From: Marsupella aquatica
Taxonomy: Eukaryota; Plantae; Marchantiophyta
Direction: 5' to 3'
Length of the DNA: 64,000 nt
NCBI GenBank assembly: GCA_973895155.1
Contig: OZ316891.1
Coordinates: 10,541,875-10,605,874 of the forward strand
Part shown: one piece after another, positions 1 through 12,268 of the stretch
Layout of the letters: the number at the start of each line of letters is the position of its first letter
How positions within the stretch are numbered: the first letter of the stretch is position 1
The notes under the pieces: generated by a model
Seen by the model: only the letters and a program-made list of their open reading frames with translations
Database searches by the model: none
Told to the model about the DNA's origin: nothing
Made by a program: the position numbers and the translations under genes

Positions 1-1
1 T

Positions 2-730
2 CTCGAAGCTGTTGAGAAGATGTTTAAGGAGAATGAGGGAGAAATTGCAGCTGTCATTCTGGAGCCAGTTGTTGGAAATGCCGGGTACATTGTCCCAACA
101 ATCGAATTCCTCAAGGGTTTGAGGGAAATTACCAAGAAGAACGGTGCTCTCCTCGTCTTTGATGAAGTCATGACAGGTTTCAGGATATCTTATGGTGGTG
201 CCCAAGAGTACTTCGGCGTCAGCCCTGATATCACAACGATGGGAAAAATTATTGGGGGAGGACTTCCCGTGGGTGCCTATGGTGGACGGAGAGACATTAT
301 GGAGTTGGTCGCCCCAGCTGGCCCTATGTACCAGGCCGGTACCCTCAGTGGAAACCCCTTGGCCATGACAGCTGGGATAGAGACCTTGAAGAGATTGAAG
401 GTACCAGGAACTTATGAGTACTTGGACAAAATTACGAAGACTCTTGTTGAGGGACTGAGCGCAGCAGCAAAGGAAGCAGGACACGAGTTTACGTCAGGAA
501 ACATTAGGGGCATGTTTGGATTCTTTTTCCAAAATGGCCCGGTTCACAACTTTGAGGATGCTAAGAGGAGTGACACAGCCAAGTTCGCCCGATTCCACCG
601 AGCAATGCTTGCAAAGGGAGTCTACTTCGCACCTTCTCAGTTCGAGGCAGGATTTACAAGCTTGGCCCATACAGAGGAGGATATTGCTTACACCATAGAG
701 GCTGCCAAGGAGGTGTTCAAGTTTATATGA
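2..730 (+). CDS. GSA: Glutamate-1-semialdehyde 2,1-aminomutase (HemL/GSA), 5'-truncated by the window edge
   Basis: Frame open from base 2 (LEAVEKMF...). Class-III aminotransferase motifs [20 protein letters not shown] lysine in [26 protein letters not shown] and PSQFEAGF; stop at 728-730. Confidence 0.97.
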   Translation, partial: LEAVEKMFKENEGEIAAVILEPVVGNAGYIVPTIEFLKGLREITKKNGALLVFDEVMTGFRISYGGAQEYFGVSPDITTMGKIIGGGLPVGAYGGRRDIMELVAPAGPMYQAGTLSGNPLAMTAGIETLKRLKVPGTYEYLDKITKTLVEGLSAAAKEAGHEFTSGNIRGMFGFFFQNGPVHNFEDAKRSDTAKFARFHRAMLAKGVYFAPSQFEAGFTSLAHTEEDIAYTIEAAKEVFKFI

Positions 731-1008
731 ATTCCGGTGACGCTTACGACACTGAGCAAGCTGTTCACCACTCACATTTGGGTCCAGCATTGGGGTCCTG
801 TCGTCATCAAGATTAGAATAAAATTGCCTAGATGGCCAGAATCTTTGACAGGCAACGAGGAGTCTACATCCCCTTTTTGGTGGCTCAAGTCCTCCATTTT
901 TTGCAGATGGAGATGTGGAATCAACATGATGTTATAGCAACACTTCGTATTTTCTAAGAACCGTCAATGGATAAATTTTGTATACTTCCTAAATTTTAGA
1001 CATTACCA

Positions 1009-1426
1009 TGCCGGAGGAGAATTTGCTTTGCAATAAGATGACAACCGAACAGCGATCGATGCCAACAGTACGCGCTCGATCCGGTCCGATCTGATTACAC
1101 ACATATATCAAGCCATCGCACCTTGCACTCAAGGATTCTACATTACATAGAAGGAGTTTCGACCACCATAGCCATAACACGAGCTCCTCTCTCCAAGACT
1201 CAACACTGAAAGATAATCTTTCGATGCTTCACAAGAGAATTACCCTCTCACACAAAACTTAACAGAACTTTATCAACTCATTCAATCTATATATCAAATA
1301 TATGGATCTAGATAGTATCATACATTTTAACACTATCTAGAATGGTGTCACATATGAACCTAGGTAGCCAAAGTCTAGATAAGTGAGCAAACTATGATCA
1401 TCAATGATAATTGTATTATTTCGACA
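1009..1426. mobile_element. Possible solo-LTR remnant
   Basis: TG...CA-bounded block (tgccgg...tcgaca) with LTR-like composition (TATA-rich core, repeated ctaga). No convincing 5-bp TSD and no second copy in the window. Confidence 0.3.
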
Positions 1427-1954
1427 GTACATCTTCTTTCTCCCTTGAAACCAATCATTGTGATTGTAATGCGGTACGTTAGTTAGAAATGATAAAAATT
1501 CTATAAAATTTGAACTTTTTCTAACTTAGAGATGCACTATAATTATCTTTTGTAATAATTTAGATCAACTAAACACTTTAATTATCTAATGCTATGTTTC
1601 ATCGGAGGCTATTGCCTATATTGGACAAGAACTGGCAATATAAATACTTGCTCTTTGCATGCTACCAAGAAGTAAGACTGGACATCATTAGAGAAACAAT
1701 GTATACTAGAAGATTCAAGAACCGGACTCCAAAGCATTTCTTCAACAAGAATGAGCTTTGTGTGCATTTATCAAGATCAACCTATTTCACCTATTTTAGT
1801 TAAATAGTTATCACAATCAGAAAAATCTTAAACTTTTTTAAGAGGTAGTAATTACTTAGTAGAATCATCCCTTAAAGTTTGAGCTCAAACCGACATGTGG
1901 TTTGAAAGTTAAAATAATTTAGTTTTGTTGTTTTTAGCCTCGCCGCGACTTTAC

Positions 1955-2559
1955 CGACGCTTTCAAAAATGTCCCTTGTATTTTTGGACGCTTTGTGAAG
2001 CGTCCACATGAGAAGCGACGCCTCGAGAAGCGTCTGTCCGTGTTTGACGACAAAGGAAAGCCAACGCTTTCGGAAGCGTTCGCCATGTATCGACGCCTAT
2101 CAGAAGCGTCCACTACCCCGAAGGAGACATCAACATTGACGCTGACTAAAGCATCTGCCATAGGCCTCGACGCTTTGCAAGGCGCCCACCCGAAGGTGCC
2201 CACCCGGACGCTGCGACCAAAACCTCAAATTTCAGCCGACGCTTTCTGCAGCGTCCACAAAAGTCATTTGTAGTTTTGGCACAAAGCGTCCACCAATCCC
2301 AACACTCAGAACTTTCGGTTTTTATAACACTTTGACACTTTTACTGATTTATTTGAGTTACTTAGAGGTCTCATAAAAGTCTGAAACTTTTCCAGCATAG
2401 AGATTATATGTAATAGAGTACCCTGGAAAAGTTTCACATCATTCCAACCTTTAATTTAAAAGTTAAAATTCTGTTAAGATCACTATTTTTTCATTTTACT
2501 ATAAATACCGTCGCTTTGCAAAGCGTCCGCTTCAAACATTGACGCTTTGTGAACCGTCC
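1955..2559. repeat. Cluster of about 10 degenerate 20-bp palindromes (GACGCT-N6-AGCGTC), probably DNA-transposon subterminal repeats
   Basis: Units at 1955, 1986 (ggacgctttgtgaagcgtcc), 2016, 2062, 2091, 2137, 2168, 2237, 2509 and 2540; half sites near 2206 and 2284. Confidence 0.75.
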
Positions 2560-3519
2560 ACTACATTTCTAACACTTCCAACGATGTCTGTTTTCAGCAT
2601 TTTTCTATTTTTCCACTTTTCAAGGTTGATGGTCTTTAAGTTTTATTCATGATCCTTCAGATATGAAAGAGCATGTCCTTTCAATATCTCAATCTCCTTG
2701 AATCCTGCTGGCTTATATGAAGTAGAATTTCTGTCATTTTCAAGTGTGAATAAATAAAGTGAGTGCATGTGGCATGTGCTGCAGCACTGAAATCACCTTT
2801 GCAAAGTAAAATGCAAAATGAATTCTTCTCCCTTCCTTGGTCTGAATGATTGAGAGTTTAGATCATTGAAGTAAAATTACTTGTATGAAGTTGAATCTCA
2901 GAAGTACGAGAGAATAGATTCCTTAAATGGTGACAACCCATCTTCTTGAGTTCTTGATGCATAATTTTTGGCGTGACATTGCTTGTGCACATAATGCAAA
3001 GATTGTTTACTCACCAATTATTTATTACTTCTATTTGAGCATGATGGTGTTCCTTATTCATGACACAAAGTACCGAATGGATACATAAGTGATTGATTAC
3101 TAGTCTCCACTAAGTACCTTGGAAGGAAAATTTTAGACGTGTTGACGACATTTTAGTAATCATCATAGTACAGTAATTTTTTCCAAAAATGTTCTTGCAG
3201 ATATACCACCTAAATCACATCAAATGAAGTATTGATGAGAAGTTACCTTGGTGTTTTCCAGACTTCCTCATCATACCTCAAGATTTCATTGTGTTTTGTT
3301 AATTGTTTTTATTTTGTTATTTTATTTACAATGTTAAGCAAACATTCAAATCTATGTCTTGTTTACCAATCATAGTAAAAGGCTCAAACCTATATTTTTG
3401 TTACCTTAGTCATTCATAAGTGTTAAATGTTAGAAAATCATTCCTTACTTGTTCTTCCACGGGATCGAATACCAAGTTTTAGGCATTAAATGTTGATTTG
3501 TGTCCTTAGTGCAATACTA

Positions 3520-4154
3520 CAGTGATTCTCATTGTTAAATGGTCTTTGACTCTTCACCAGAGTGCCATCAATAATGCCAATGCAACCTGGCCAATCGGGG
3601 TTGTGGGTAGATAGCTCCATTTGCTCCTGAGCTGAAGGCCATCGAATCTCGTCCAAGAGAGCCACGTCCAAACATGATGCAATAAAATATGCATCATCAC
3701 ACAGAGAAGATTGCGACCAGTTTCATTGATGACTATCATGAACAATAGTGTTATCATGTTTCATGTAGAGTACAAAATTGAGTAATCGTTCTTCTAGAGA
3801 CAATTTTGAAGGATGACCTCTACTATTGTGAGCTTCTTTGGTGGCCCTAGCATGCGATGCAATTATTGGAAGTACACGACGAGAGAGGTCTCCCCACTCA
3901 TCTATAATGATATTGGTGAGCTCTTTGAATCGTCTTGGGAAATTCTTCATGCTCCTTAATACATCTTTTACCCTTGCTGCAGGATCTGTATACATTCCGT
4001 GAGTTGCTTGCAACTCTTATGAATTGAAAAAATGTCTACTATTTACAGCTACGAAAGCAACATGGAGCATAGTCATCCTACATGTAGTCTAATAGATCTT
4101 CGTCATTACTCAATTCGAGAGAACTATCAGATGTCGGAGAATTATCAATACTAC
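3520..4154 (-). pseudogene. Degenerate PHIS (Harbinger/ISL2-like) DDE transposase, main fragment
   Basis: Translates as KLSLEERLLNFVLYMKH...Q*NWSQSSLCDDAYFIASCL...IRWPS...WPGCIGIIDGTLVKSQRP, colinear with the intact transposase at 55525-56685. Has in-frame stops (TGG>TGA at 3723-3725) and a frameshift, and is truncated after the first catalytic Asp. Confidence 0.9.
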
Positions 4155-4579
4155 TATTGTCTTCCCCCGAACACAACGCCTAGGCGCTGTGTTCGATTAT
4201 AGTCAAAACAGGGACTTTAGGTAAAAAAGATGTTTTCACTCAAACTCAACACCATATTAACACAGCGCCCGGGCGCTGTGTTTGAAATTGATTTTGTGTT
4301 CAAAAATGTGCACATTCAAGTGACTATAGGAGAAAGGTAACCGGGTTCCAATTACTATCCGTTACTTTAAAATCGTCCAACACATCCGCTCTTTCAACTT
4401 ACGAAATCCATCGTCCTTTGAGAAATGTAAGCTAATTTCAAAATCCTTCATTTGCGGAGAAGTGTGCGCTGTTTCCAAAATGTTAAGCAGCAATCCAAAA
4501 GTATCGATATATTCTTCTACTGTGTGAACTTTTGACAAACTTTTACATCAACCTCTCACTAATGCCACAATGTCTCGTC

Positions 4580-4952
4580 TGTTGAGCAAAGACGACATTC
4601 GTAACGGCAAGCCCATGAACGATCCAACGCACCAAAGTCAACACAGAGAGATACGTGGTGCACCTCCACATGAGGCTACGTCCACGGGAACACACAAGAG
4701 CTTTACTACACTCTAGGGTGACCGGCCATACCAAGCATCCACAACACATGCTCTCCCTATCTCTCAATGAGCTCCGTAACAATGAGCTCCGTAACAATGA
4801 GCTCCGTAAAAATGAGCCTAAGTTCCACCAGGGTCTGGCATTAGCCCTGGCTATATGCACAATAGCATTACCGCTAACATTAGCTAAGTCCTAACCCAAG
4901 TTAGACTAACTGTGGTTAGCTCTGAGTCACAAAACTAGAGCAATATCTAACA
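4580..4952 (-). repeat. Copia 3' LTR (373 bp)
   Basis: tgttgagc...tctaaca. Aligns with 11268-11611 and carries three copies of a 15-bp unit aatgagctccgtaac. Adjacent PPT (aactccccctt on +) at 4953-4963. Confidence 0.95.
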
Positions 4953-5159
4953 AACTCCCCCTTGACTCTTGTCTTGGGGACTGGACGAAATGCTACCATA
5001 TGGAATCCTCAACGGGAAGTTCTAGACAATCACCAAACCAGGTCTCCCCCTAAAAACCACAAGGGTTAACTAAGGGTTAACTAGAACTAAGATGTAGCCA
5101 AACATAAATGAGTAATCCATATACAAATAGTCACACATTGCTAAATAACTCTACTTGCA

Positions 5160-8100
5160 CTACAACTGCAAAATCTGCAAAGTAGCACAGTGTCTTGAGA
5201 AACTCTCCAAATGAATCACTTTGGTAAAGGCATCAACGGGATTGAGTTTTCCATCAATTTTGACTAGCTCAAAAGTTTTATCAGACACTGCTTGCCTGAT
5301 AAAATGGTACCTGATATCAATGTGCTTCGCCCTGCTATCCATCACCTGGTTAGCAGCCAAGGGAAGAGCACTTTGACTATCACAGTTTAGAGTCATTTTT
5401 CCATGCTCTAAACCCATCTTTGCGATCAACTTATCCAACCAAATTGCTTCCTTTGCTACTTCTGCTGTTGCAACATACTCTGCTTTTGTAGTAGATTGAG
5501 AAATGCACTTCTGCAAGGTAGATTTCCAACTGATACATCCTCCTCCAAGAGTGTATACAAACCCAGTTGTAGACCTCCTTGTATCCAGACAGCCTTCATA
5601 ATCAGAATCTACATAGCCAACTAACGTTCTATCTGATCTGTTATCAAATAGTAATCCATAGTCATGTGTTCCCTTTAGATACTTGAGAATCCACTTCACA
5701 GCTTCCCAACGTACCTTCCCTGGATTTGACATGAATCTGCTAACCTTGCCCATCGCTAGGGCCAAGTCAGGCCTAGTACAAGTCATCAAATACATCAGAC
5801 TATCTACTGCCTTCTCATAAGGAATCTTAGTCATTAGACCTTTCTCCACAGCATCCATAGGAGAGAAAGCCAATGATAACTTGAAATGTGAAGCTAACTC
5901 ACTGGCTTACAGTTTTCCATGTTGAATCGTGCAAGTACTTTCCTCGCATATTGGCCTTGACTCAAGTACAACTGTCCAGTATCAGAGTTCCTAAAAATCT
6001 CCATCCCTAAGATCCTCTTGGCCTTACCAAGATCCTTCATCCTGAATTCAGCACTCAATTTTGCCTTGAAACTATCAACCTCAAATTGATCTTTACGCAC
6101 TATTAGCATGTCATCCACATAGATCACCAAAATGATGAAACCAAATACATCATTCTTGACTGATTTCGTATACACCCAAGGATCATAAACCATCCTTGTA
6201 AAACCTTGAGCAAGTATGAAATCATCAAACCGCTTGTTCCACTGTCTAGGAGATTGCTTCAATCCATACAAGGACTTGAGCAATCTGCAAACTAAGTTCT
6301 CTTGGCCCTTCTTCATAAAGCCTAGTGGCTGTCTCATGAAGATCAACTCTTCCAAGTTGCCATAGAGAAAAGCAGTAATAACATCCATCTGATCCATCAC
6401 CAGACCAAAAAACACAACAAGCTGACACAAGATCCGAATTGTGGAATACTTAGCCACCGGTGAAAAGACCTCATTGTAATCCACTCCTTTCTCCTGAGTG
6501 AACCCCTTGGCAACAAGCCTTGCCTTGTAGATCTTATCTTCACCCTCTGAAGGACTGTCCTTCAACTTGTAAATCCACTTGCTGTCCACCACTTGCTGAC
6601 CTCTTGGAAGCTCCACCAGCTCCCATGTCTTGTTGTCACTCAAAGATTGCAACTCCCTCTGCATTGCTGCATTCTACTCATGCTTCTGCTCTGAAGCACA
6701 AGCCTCACTGTACGAAGAAAGCTCTCCTTCCAAGATCAAAGCCATGTCATCATCATCAGATGCAATGTCAATATCATCTAGCTTAGATGAGTCTGCCCAT
6801 TGACCATACTTGGTAGGAGCTCTAGTAGAACGACTGGAAGTTTTTCTAGTAGATGACTCAGGCTGATCTATTGCTGCTGCTGGTTGAATTTGAGGTAGTC
6901 TAGCAACAATATGCTCCTCTTGTTCCATCACAGGAACCAGCTCCAAGCCAGAAGCTTCTCCATCTCTCCTGTCATGAACTGCATCATGACTAATCTCCCC
7001 CTCAACCCGGTCCGGGATGGGAGATTTTCCCTTGTCAGTATGGGAGTCCTGAGAACTCTCCCCCGCCTTTGATGATCTGGATTCATTAAAGTACACATCT
7101 CTATTGACAATTAGTTTACAGGTTACTGGATCCCATAACCTATAACCCTTCACACCTTTCTGATAGCCAAGGAAAATGCACTTCTTTGACTTGGACTCCA
7201 GCTTGGATCAAAGCTGGGAAGGTGTAAGCACATAAGCATCACATCTAAAATCCTCAGATGTGAGTAATCTGCTGGACGTCCGTACCTCATTTCAAATGGC
7301 GTCTTGAATCCAATAGAACTGGATGGAGAAAAAATTACCAAATAAGCTGTAGTGTTGACAGCTTCAGCCCAAAACTCATGTGGTAAGCATGATTGACTCA
7401 ACATACTCCTCGAGCGGTCCAATAATGTTCGGTTGAGTCTCTCAGAAACACCATTCTGTTGAGGAGTATAACTTATTGTGAGATGGCGGGTAATCCCCTG
7501 CTCCTTACAATACGTTCCAAATTCCTCGGAACTGTATTCACCGCCGTTATCCGATCAAAGATATCTCACCTTATTACCAGTCTTATTCTCAATTTGGGCT
7601 TTCCACTCCTTAAAAGTGGCAAAAACATCAGACTTATTGTGTAGAAAGTATATCCACACATACCTTGAGTAATCGTCTATGAATGTGACATAGTATAACC
7701 ATCTAGAATATGAGGGAGTAGGGGCTGGACCCCACACATCACTATGTACATACTCAAGTACCTCCTTGCTGGTGTGAGTTCCAACTCCGAAGGGTTTCCT
7801 GTGCTGCTTCCCAAGCACACAGTGCTCACAAAATTCCAACTTACAAGATTGCAAATTAGAAAGCAATCCTTTCTTCTGAAGAATAAACCAAACCTTTTTC
7901 ACTCATGTGGCCCAAACGGAAGTGCCACAGCCGGGCCGTCTCCTCATGAGATAAGGTTACATTGGCTTCATCACAAACAACATTGCCCTCCAAAACGTAT
8001 AGATTGCTATGTCGCTTTCCCTTCAATACAACTTTAGTACCAGTTGAAACCTGAAGGACATCATTAGCAGAGCTCCACTGATGACCATTTGCTTCTAAAA

Positions 8101-9427
8101 CTCCAAGTGAAATGAGATTTTTCATCATGCTGGGAATATGTCTCACATTCCTCAACGTTCTCACAGCACCATCAAACATTTGAAATCTTACAGATCCAAG
8201 TCCAACAACTTGACCTGGGATTCCATTTCCCATCAACACTGACCCGTTGGAAACCGTGTAAGAACTGAAAAAATCTCTCCTAGAGCAAATGTGAAAAGTA
8301 CATGCACTGTCTAGAATCCAGTCATCACTACCTGGATTTGACATTACGTTGAGAGCATAACCTTGACATCACAATATGTCATCATCATCGAGTAAATCTA
8401 CCTCTTGCGAGCTCGATGCCGCGTTAGCAGAGGCAGTAGGGACCTTTACTCGACAATCCCTTTTCATGTGGTCAGGCTTGCCATAATTCCAACATGCAAG
8501 AGGCTTCCTCTCTTGCGATTTCCCTCTGGATTTAGATCTCCCCCGTGATGTAGATCTAAACTTGTTTTGTCCATTTGAGCGTTGCGTTGCTCTCCCACGG
8601 TTCACGTTCAGCGCAGTGCCAGAAGAAGATGCTATTTGTGATTGACCCAGCTTCTTCTGAGCATCATCAGACAGTAAAGAGCTCACCACCTACAAAATGG
8701 ACTTCAGATCTCTATACAAGAGCACCTGTTTCAAGCCCTGATATGACGGCGGTAAGGAGCTTAGCAGAAGCAAGGCCTTATCCTCATCTTCAACTCCTTT
8801 TCCCAGGTTTGACAGATCCACCGCTAGACTGTCAAACTCATCCAGGTGATCCTGCATCTTGCTCCCTTCCTTGAGCCTGAGGCTCTTCAAGAGAGACTTC
8901 TTGTACAGCCGGTCTAACGCATCTTCCCGGTAGTACTTCTCTCTTAGAGCCTTGAACAGTGATGCGCAATCCGCATAATCATCTAGCTGCTTGATGATGT
9001 GCGGCTTGAGATATAGCATCACTGCATTGATAGTAATCACTTGCTCCTGTCTCCACTGTCTCACAGAAATCTCCTCCTCTCCATCATATTGCTCTCACGA
9101 AGAAAGCAGATGAGCTAAGCCCATGGCCCGTAGAACACCCTTCACTTGCTTCTCCCAGAGCAAGTAATCAGTATGACCATCGTACTTCTCGACCTCAAAC
9201 TTCACTCCTCCAAATCTAGCCATCTCCCTCTTCTTCCCCACTACCAACAGCTCTGGTAGTAACACAGCTTCCTCCATTGCACGCCGCACCGGTGATCGTA
9301 CCGGTGTTACTAGTTCCTCCTCAAATGGTAGCAGCTCCTCCTCAGACTCTCCGTCTGACCGTCGCGATCTTGAAGCTCCACCAACGCCAATTTTTCCAGT
9401 ATCCTCCGAATCACTCATATGAAACAA
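5160..9427 (-). pseudogene. Copia gag-pol, broken by stops and frameshifts
   Basis: Gag (VEKYDG, LLLLSSLPPSY), zinc knuckle CWNYGKPDHMKRDC with a C>Y change, protease WILDSAC, integrase HHCC/VHSDVWGP/FIDDYSR/GYRLWDP, RT YKARLVAKGF and YVDD, RNase H CDSQSA/KHIDIRYHFIR. Confidence 0.96.
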
Positions 9428-10545
9428 TCACGAAAAAATGTCTTTTTTTAAACTTCTCATAAAACTCAAAACTCAACACCGCCGCGTAGCCCACGAAGCT
9501 AGGAGTCCAATTCTAAAAGCCAAAATCAAAATCAAAATTCGACGGAAAAGTTATTCAAATTTTGGTCGGGGTGGGTAAAACCTTGGGAAACTCCCCCGTT
9601 TTGACCACCTCGGAGAATAACCAAAATACCCAGTACAACCCGTCGTTGGAATCGCAATGTGATCGATGCACCGCGTTGCTAACTCCAGTGGCAACGTCCT
9701 CACCAAAAAAGAACCAAAAAAGTTACCGTTTGGCGGACATAATCTTCATCGGACGGCCAAAAAACAGCTCTTTGTTTTTTGGGAATATTCCCGCATAGTA
9801 TAGCAGGTCTCACAGGGGGCCGTTCCCCCTGTCCAAGCGGTTAAAACGGAGGGTGGCAGGTCCTGGCACAAAGGGAAACCAATAAGGAGGAAAAAGAGGC
9901 AAAATAATGGCCCTAAAGGGAGTGCTCAAGCCCCTAATCAAAAAATACAGTATAAACTGGCGGGCCCGAAGGGCGTAAGGCCGGGAGTACGCCCTGGGGA
10001 TTCTTGGGCAGTGTATTAGAGTGGATGCGTATGCAGCCGCGTACACATGCAGGGCCGGTCATACGACATAAGGGCGAGGCCGAGGCAGCGACCGGTGTGG
10101 TATGGCGGAGGGCGTACGAGCATGCAAAAAGCGCCGGCCGGTGTTGCGCAGCTCGTCGCCGCAGCTGAAGGATGAGGGGAAAACGAGGTGCGGGGGGGAG
10201 TCGGGCCAGGAGGGTGTGTATACACACCAAAAGTGGCCCTAACCTAAGCCAAGATTTGACTTTAAAACAAAAAAGCCGTTTACACACCTTGAACGCTGCT
10301 GCTTCTCACGAGTAAAGTGAACGCCGCCGACTGGAAATGTTGCTGAATTGCACCGGCACAATCTGCAGCTCCAGCAGAGAAAAAAAATTCTGCCGCGTTG
10401 TCTTCACTCCGCGTCAAGTGCCAATCCCGGGCTCAAAACAACCGCCTCACCGCGATCACACCGTTGAGCCGTAGCACTTTGCCATTCTTCCACCGAGTCG
10501 GACGTCACGAAGAGAAACCCGGTTCAGATGAGAACAAGCTCCATA

Positions 10546-10842
10546 CTCGGGGGTTTCACTTCCACAAAAATGACATATCACGTGCGACGAAAGATAGGGT
10601 CATTTTATTGGTTCTAAGGGAAGACTTAAGAATTTTTGCAGAAGAACAATAGGGTCTTTTAAATTCAATTGGGAGACTTATAAGAAGATTAGGGTCTTTT
10701 TAATCCAAATTTTGGAATATTCCAAGAATATTCCAACTTTATAGGGGTTGAAAAATAATTTTTTTTTCTTACATTTTAGGGGGTCCGAGGCCTAAAACCG
10801 TCGCAGGTGATGGGGAGGTCCCCATATAGTGAGACCCCCGAG
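10546..10842 (+). mobile_element. 297-bp MITE with 15-bp TIRs and 8-bp TSD (family A), inserted in the copia 5' leader
   Basis: TIRs CTCGGGGGTTTCACT and agtgagacccccgag (14/15 match). Perfect TSD GCTCCATA at 10538-45 and 10843-50. Other copies at 19613, 59961 and 13046. Confidence 0.93.
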
Positions 10843-11253
10843 GCTCCATAGCTTGTGAAAAAACCTGAATGCCTTCGTCACTCGTCACGTCGCACTTGGT
10901 AACAACTCGGCAACAAATCAGCTACCGAAACGACCAGCTTGCTTCAACCTTCAACTTGAGCTACAACATGCGACGCCTCCCGCAACGCACAGCTCACACG
11001 GTTGAAAACACAAACTCTGGTCTCTCCCCCGAAAAACCATCGAACACGAATAAAACCTGAACGATGCAAATAATGATTCCTCCGCACCACGGATACCGAT
11101 CAGCGAGTTCTAACCACCGTTAGAAAGCCCTCTCACTAACCTATCCGCACAGCCACACACATTCAAGTTTCATGCGACGAAACTCCAAATGTACCATCGA
11201 CAATGAACGCTGGAAAAACCTGTCATGAAAAAACCTTGTCACCTCCCAGGCAT

Positions 11254-11265
11254 GCTTTGATACCA
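11254..11265 (-). promoter_or_regulatory. Copia primer-binding site, tRNA-iMet type
   Basis: Minus strand reads TGGTATCAAAGC, 2 nt from the inner end of the 5' LTR; the canonical site is TGGTATCAGAGC. Confidence 0.9.
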
Positions 11266-11267
11266 CT

Positions 11268-11611
11268 TGTTGAGCATAGACGACATTCATAACGGCAAGC
11301 CCATGAACCATCCAACGCACAAGAGTTGACATAGAGAGATACATGGTTCACCTCCACATGAGGCTACGTCCACGGGAACACACAAGAGCTTTACTGCACT
11401 CTAGGCCGACCGGCCATACCAAGCATCCACAGCACAAGCTCTCCCTATCTCTCAACTAGCTCCGTAACAATGAACCTAAGTTCCACCAGGGTCTGACATT
11501 AGCCCTGGCTATATGCACAATAGCACTACCGCTAACATTAGCTAAGTCCTAACCTGAGTTAGACTAACTGTGGTTAGCTCATGAGTCAGAAGACTAGAGC
11601 AATATCTAACA
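11268..11611 (-). repeat. Copia 5' LTR (344 bp)
   Basis: tgttgagc...tctaaca. About 24 substitutions against the 3' LTR by manual count, and only one copy of the 15-bp unit. Confidence 0.95.
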
Positions 11612-12268
11612 TCGTCAAAGAAATCCATAGTGCCTACGTGCATAATTAAGTCTGACTACTCACTTTCTCTATTTTCAATTTTCCATTGCCTTCAAGATCA
11701 AGGCACTCAAATAGAACAAAGCAGTCTCATGAACATTCCACATTGCATGAAGACAGATTAAATAATTATAGAAATAAGCAAATTGGCCAGAGTAAACCAA
11801 ACAACTGTGAAAAGTGGACGAATATGTTTTACTAAGTGATAGTAGTACACTTGGTATGTATGGTTTGCCCGATGGTTTGTCAGGTTTTTTTTTCTATTGC
11901 AAATTTGATTTCTCCCCTTGTGAAATTTCAGTGGTTCAATTATTTTAGCTGCACATCCTTTGAATGAGCAAATATTGTTGGGAAGTCAAAAAACCAAAAC
12001 TTGAACACACTCCTCTCTAATACTCATAACTTTTATGCATGTCATTCCTACTTACACTTTACATGCATCTCACAATGCCAAAATTCAAGCACATTACCTT
12101 AAATTTGAACACAATGCCACATTTCAAACACACCGCCACAAGTCCAAAAAATGAAAACATTGACTTCAAACTCGAACACAGCGCCCTGGGCGCTATATTC
12201 GAATAGAGCACCCCTTGGCTCACTATTCGAATATAGCGTCTGGGCCTTGTGTTTGGGGGAAGACGGTA

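Larger units (their letters stand above)
4580..11611 (-). mobile_element. Full-length but degenerate Ty1/copia LTR retrotransposon
   Basis: Two LTRs with TG...CA ends, perfect 5-bp TSD TCGTC (4575-79 and 11612-16), PBS, PPT, and domain order gag-PR-IN-RT-RH. Confidence 0.97.
4157..12266. mobile_element. Non-autonomous Tc1/mariner (pogo-like) element, about 1.07 kb once the nested copia is removed
   Basis: TA at 4155-56 and 12267-68. Inverted termini TA|ttgtcttcccccgaacacaacgcc versus TA|ccgtcttcccccaaacacaaggcc (reverse complement of the right end). Internal palindrome aacacagcgccc-gggcgctgtgtt at 4259-4282, related copy at about 12174. Removing the element restores the interrupted transposase frame. 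Confidence 0.82.

Noticed and set aside
1955-2559. CRISPR array
   Set aside because: Repeats are degenerate, spacers are short and irregular, there are no cas genes, and the context is eukaryotic.
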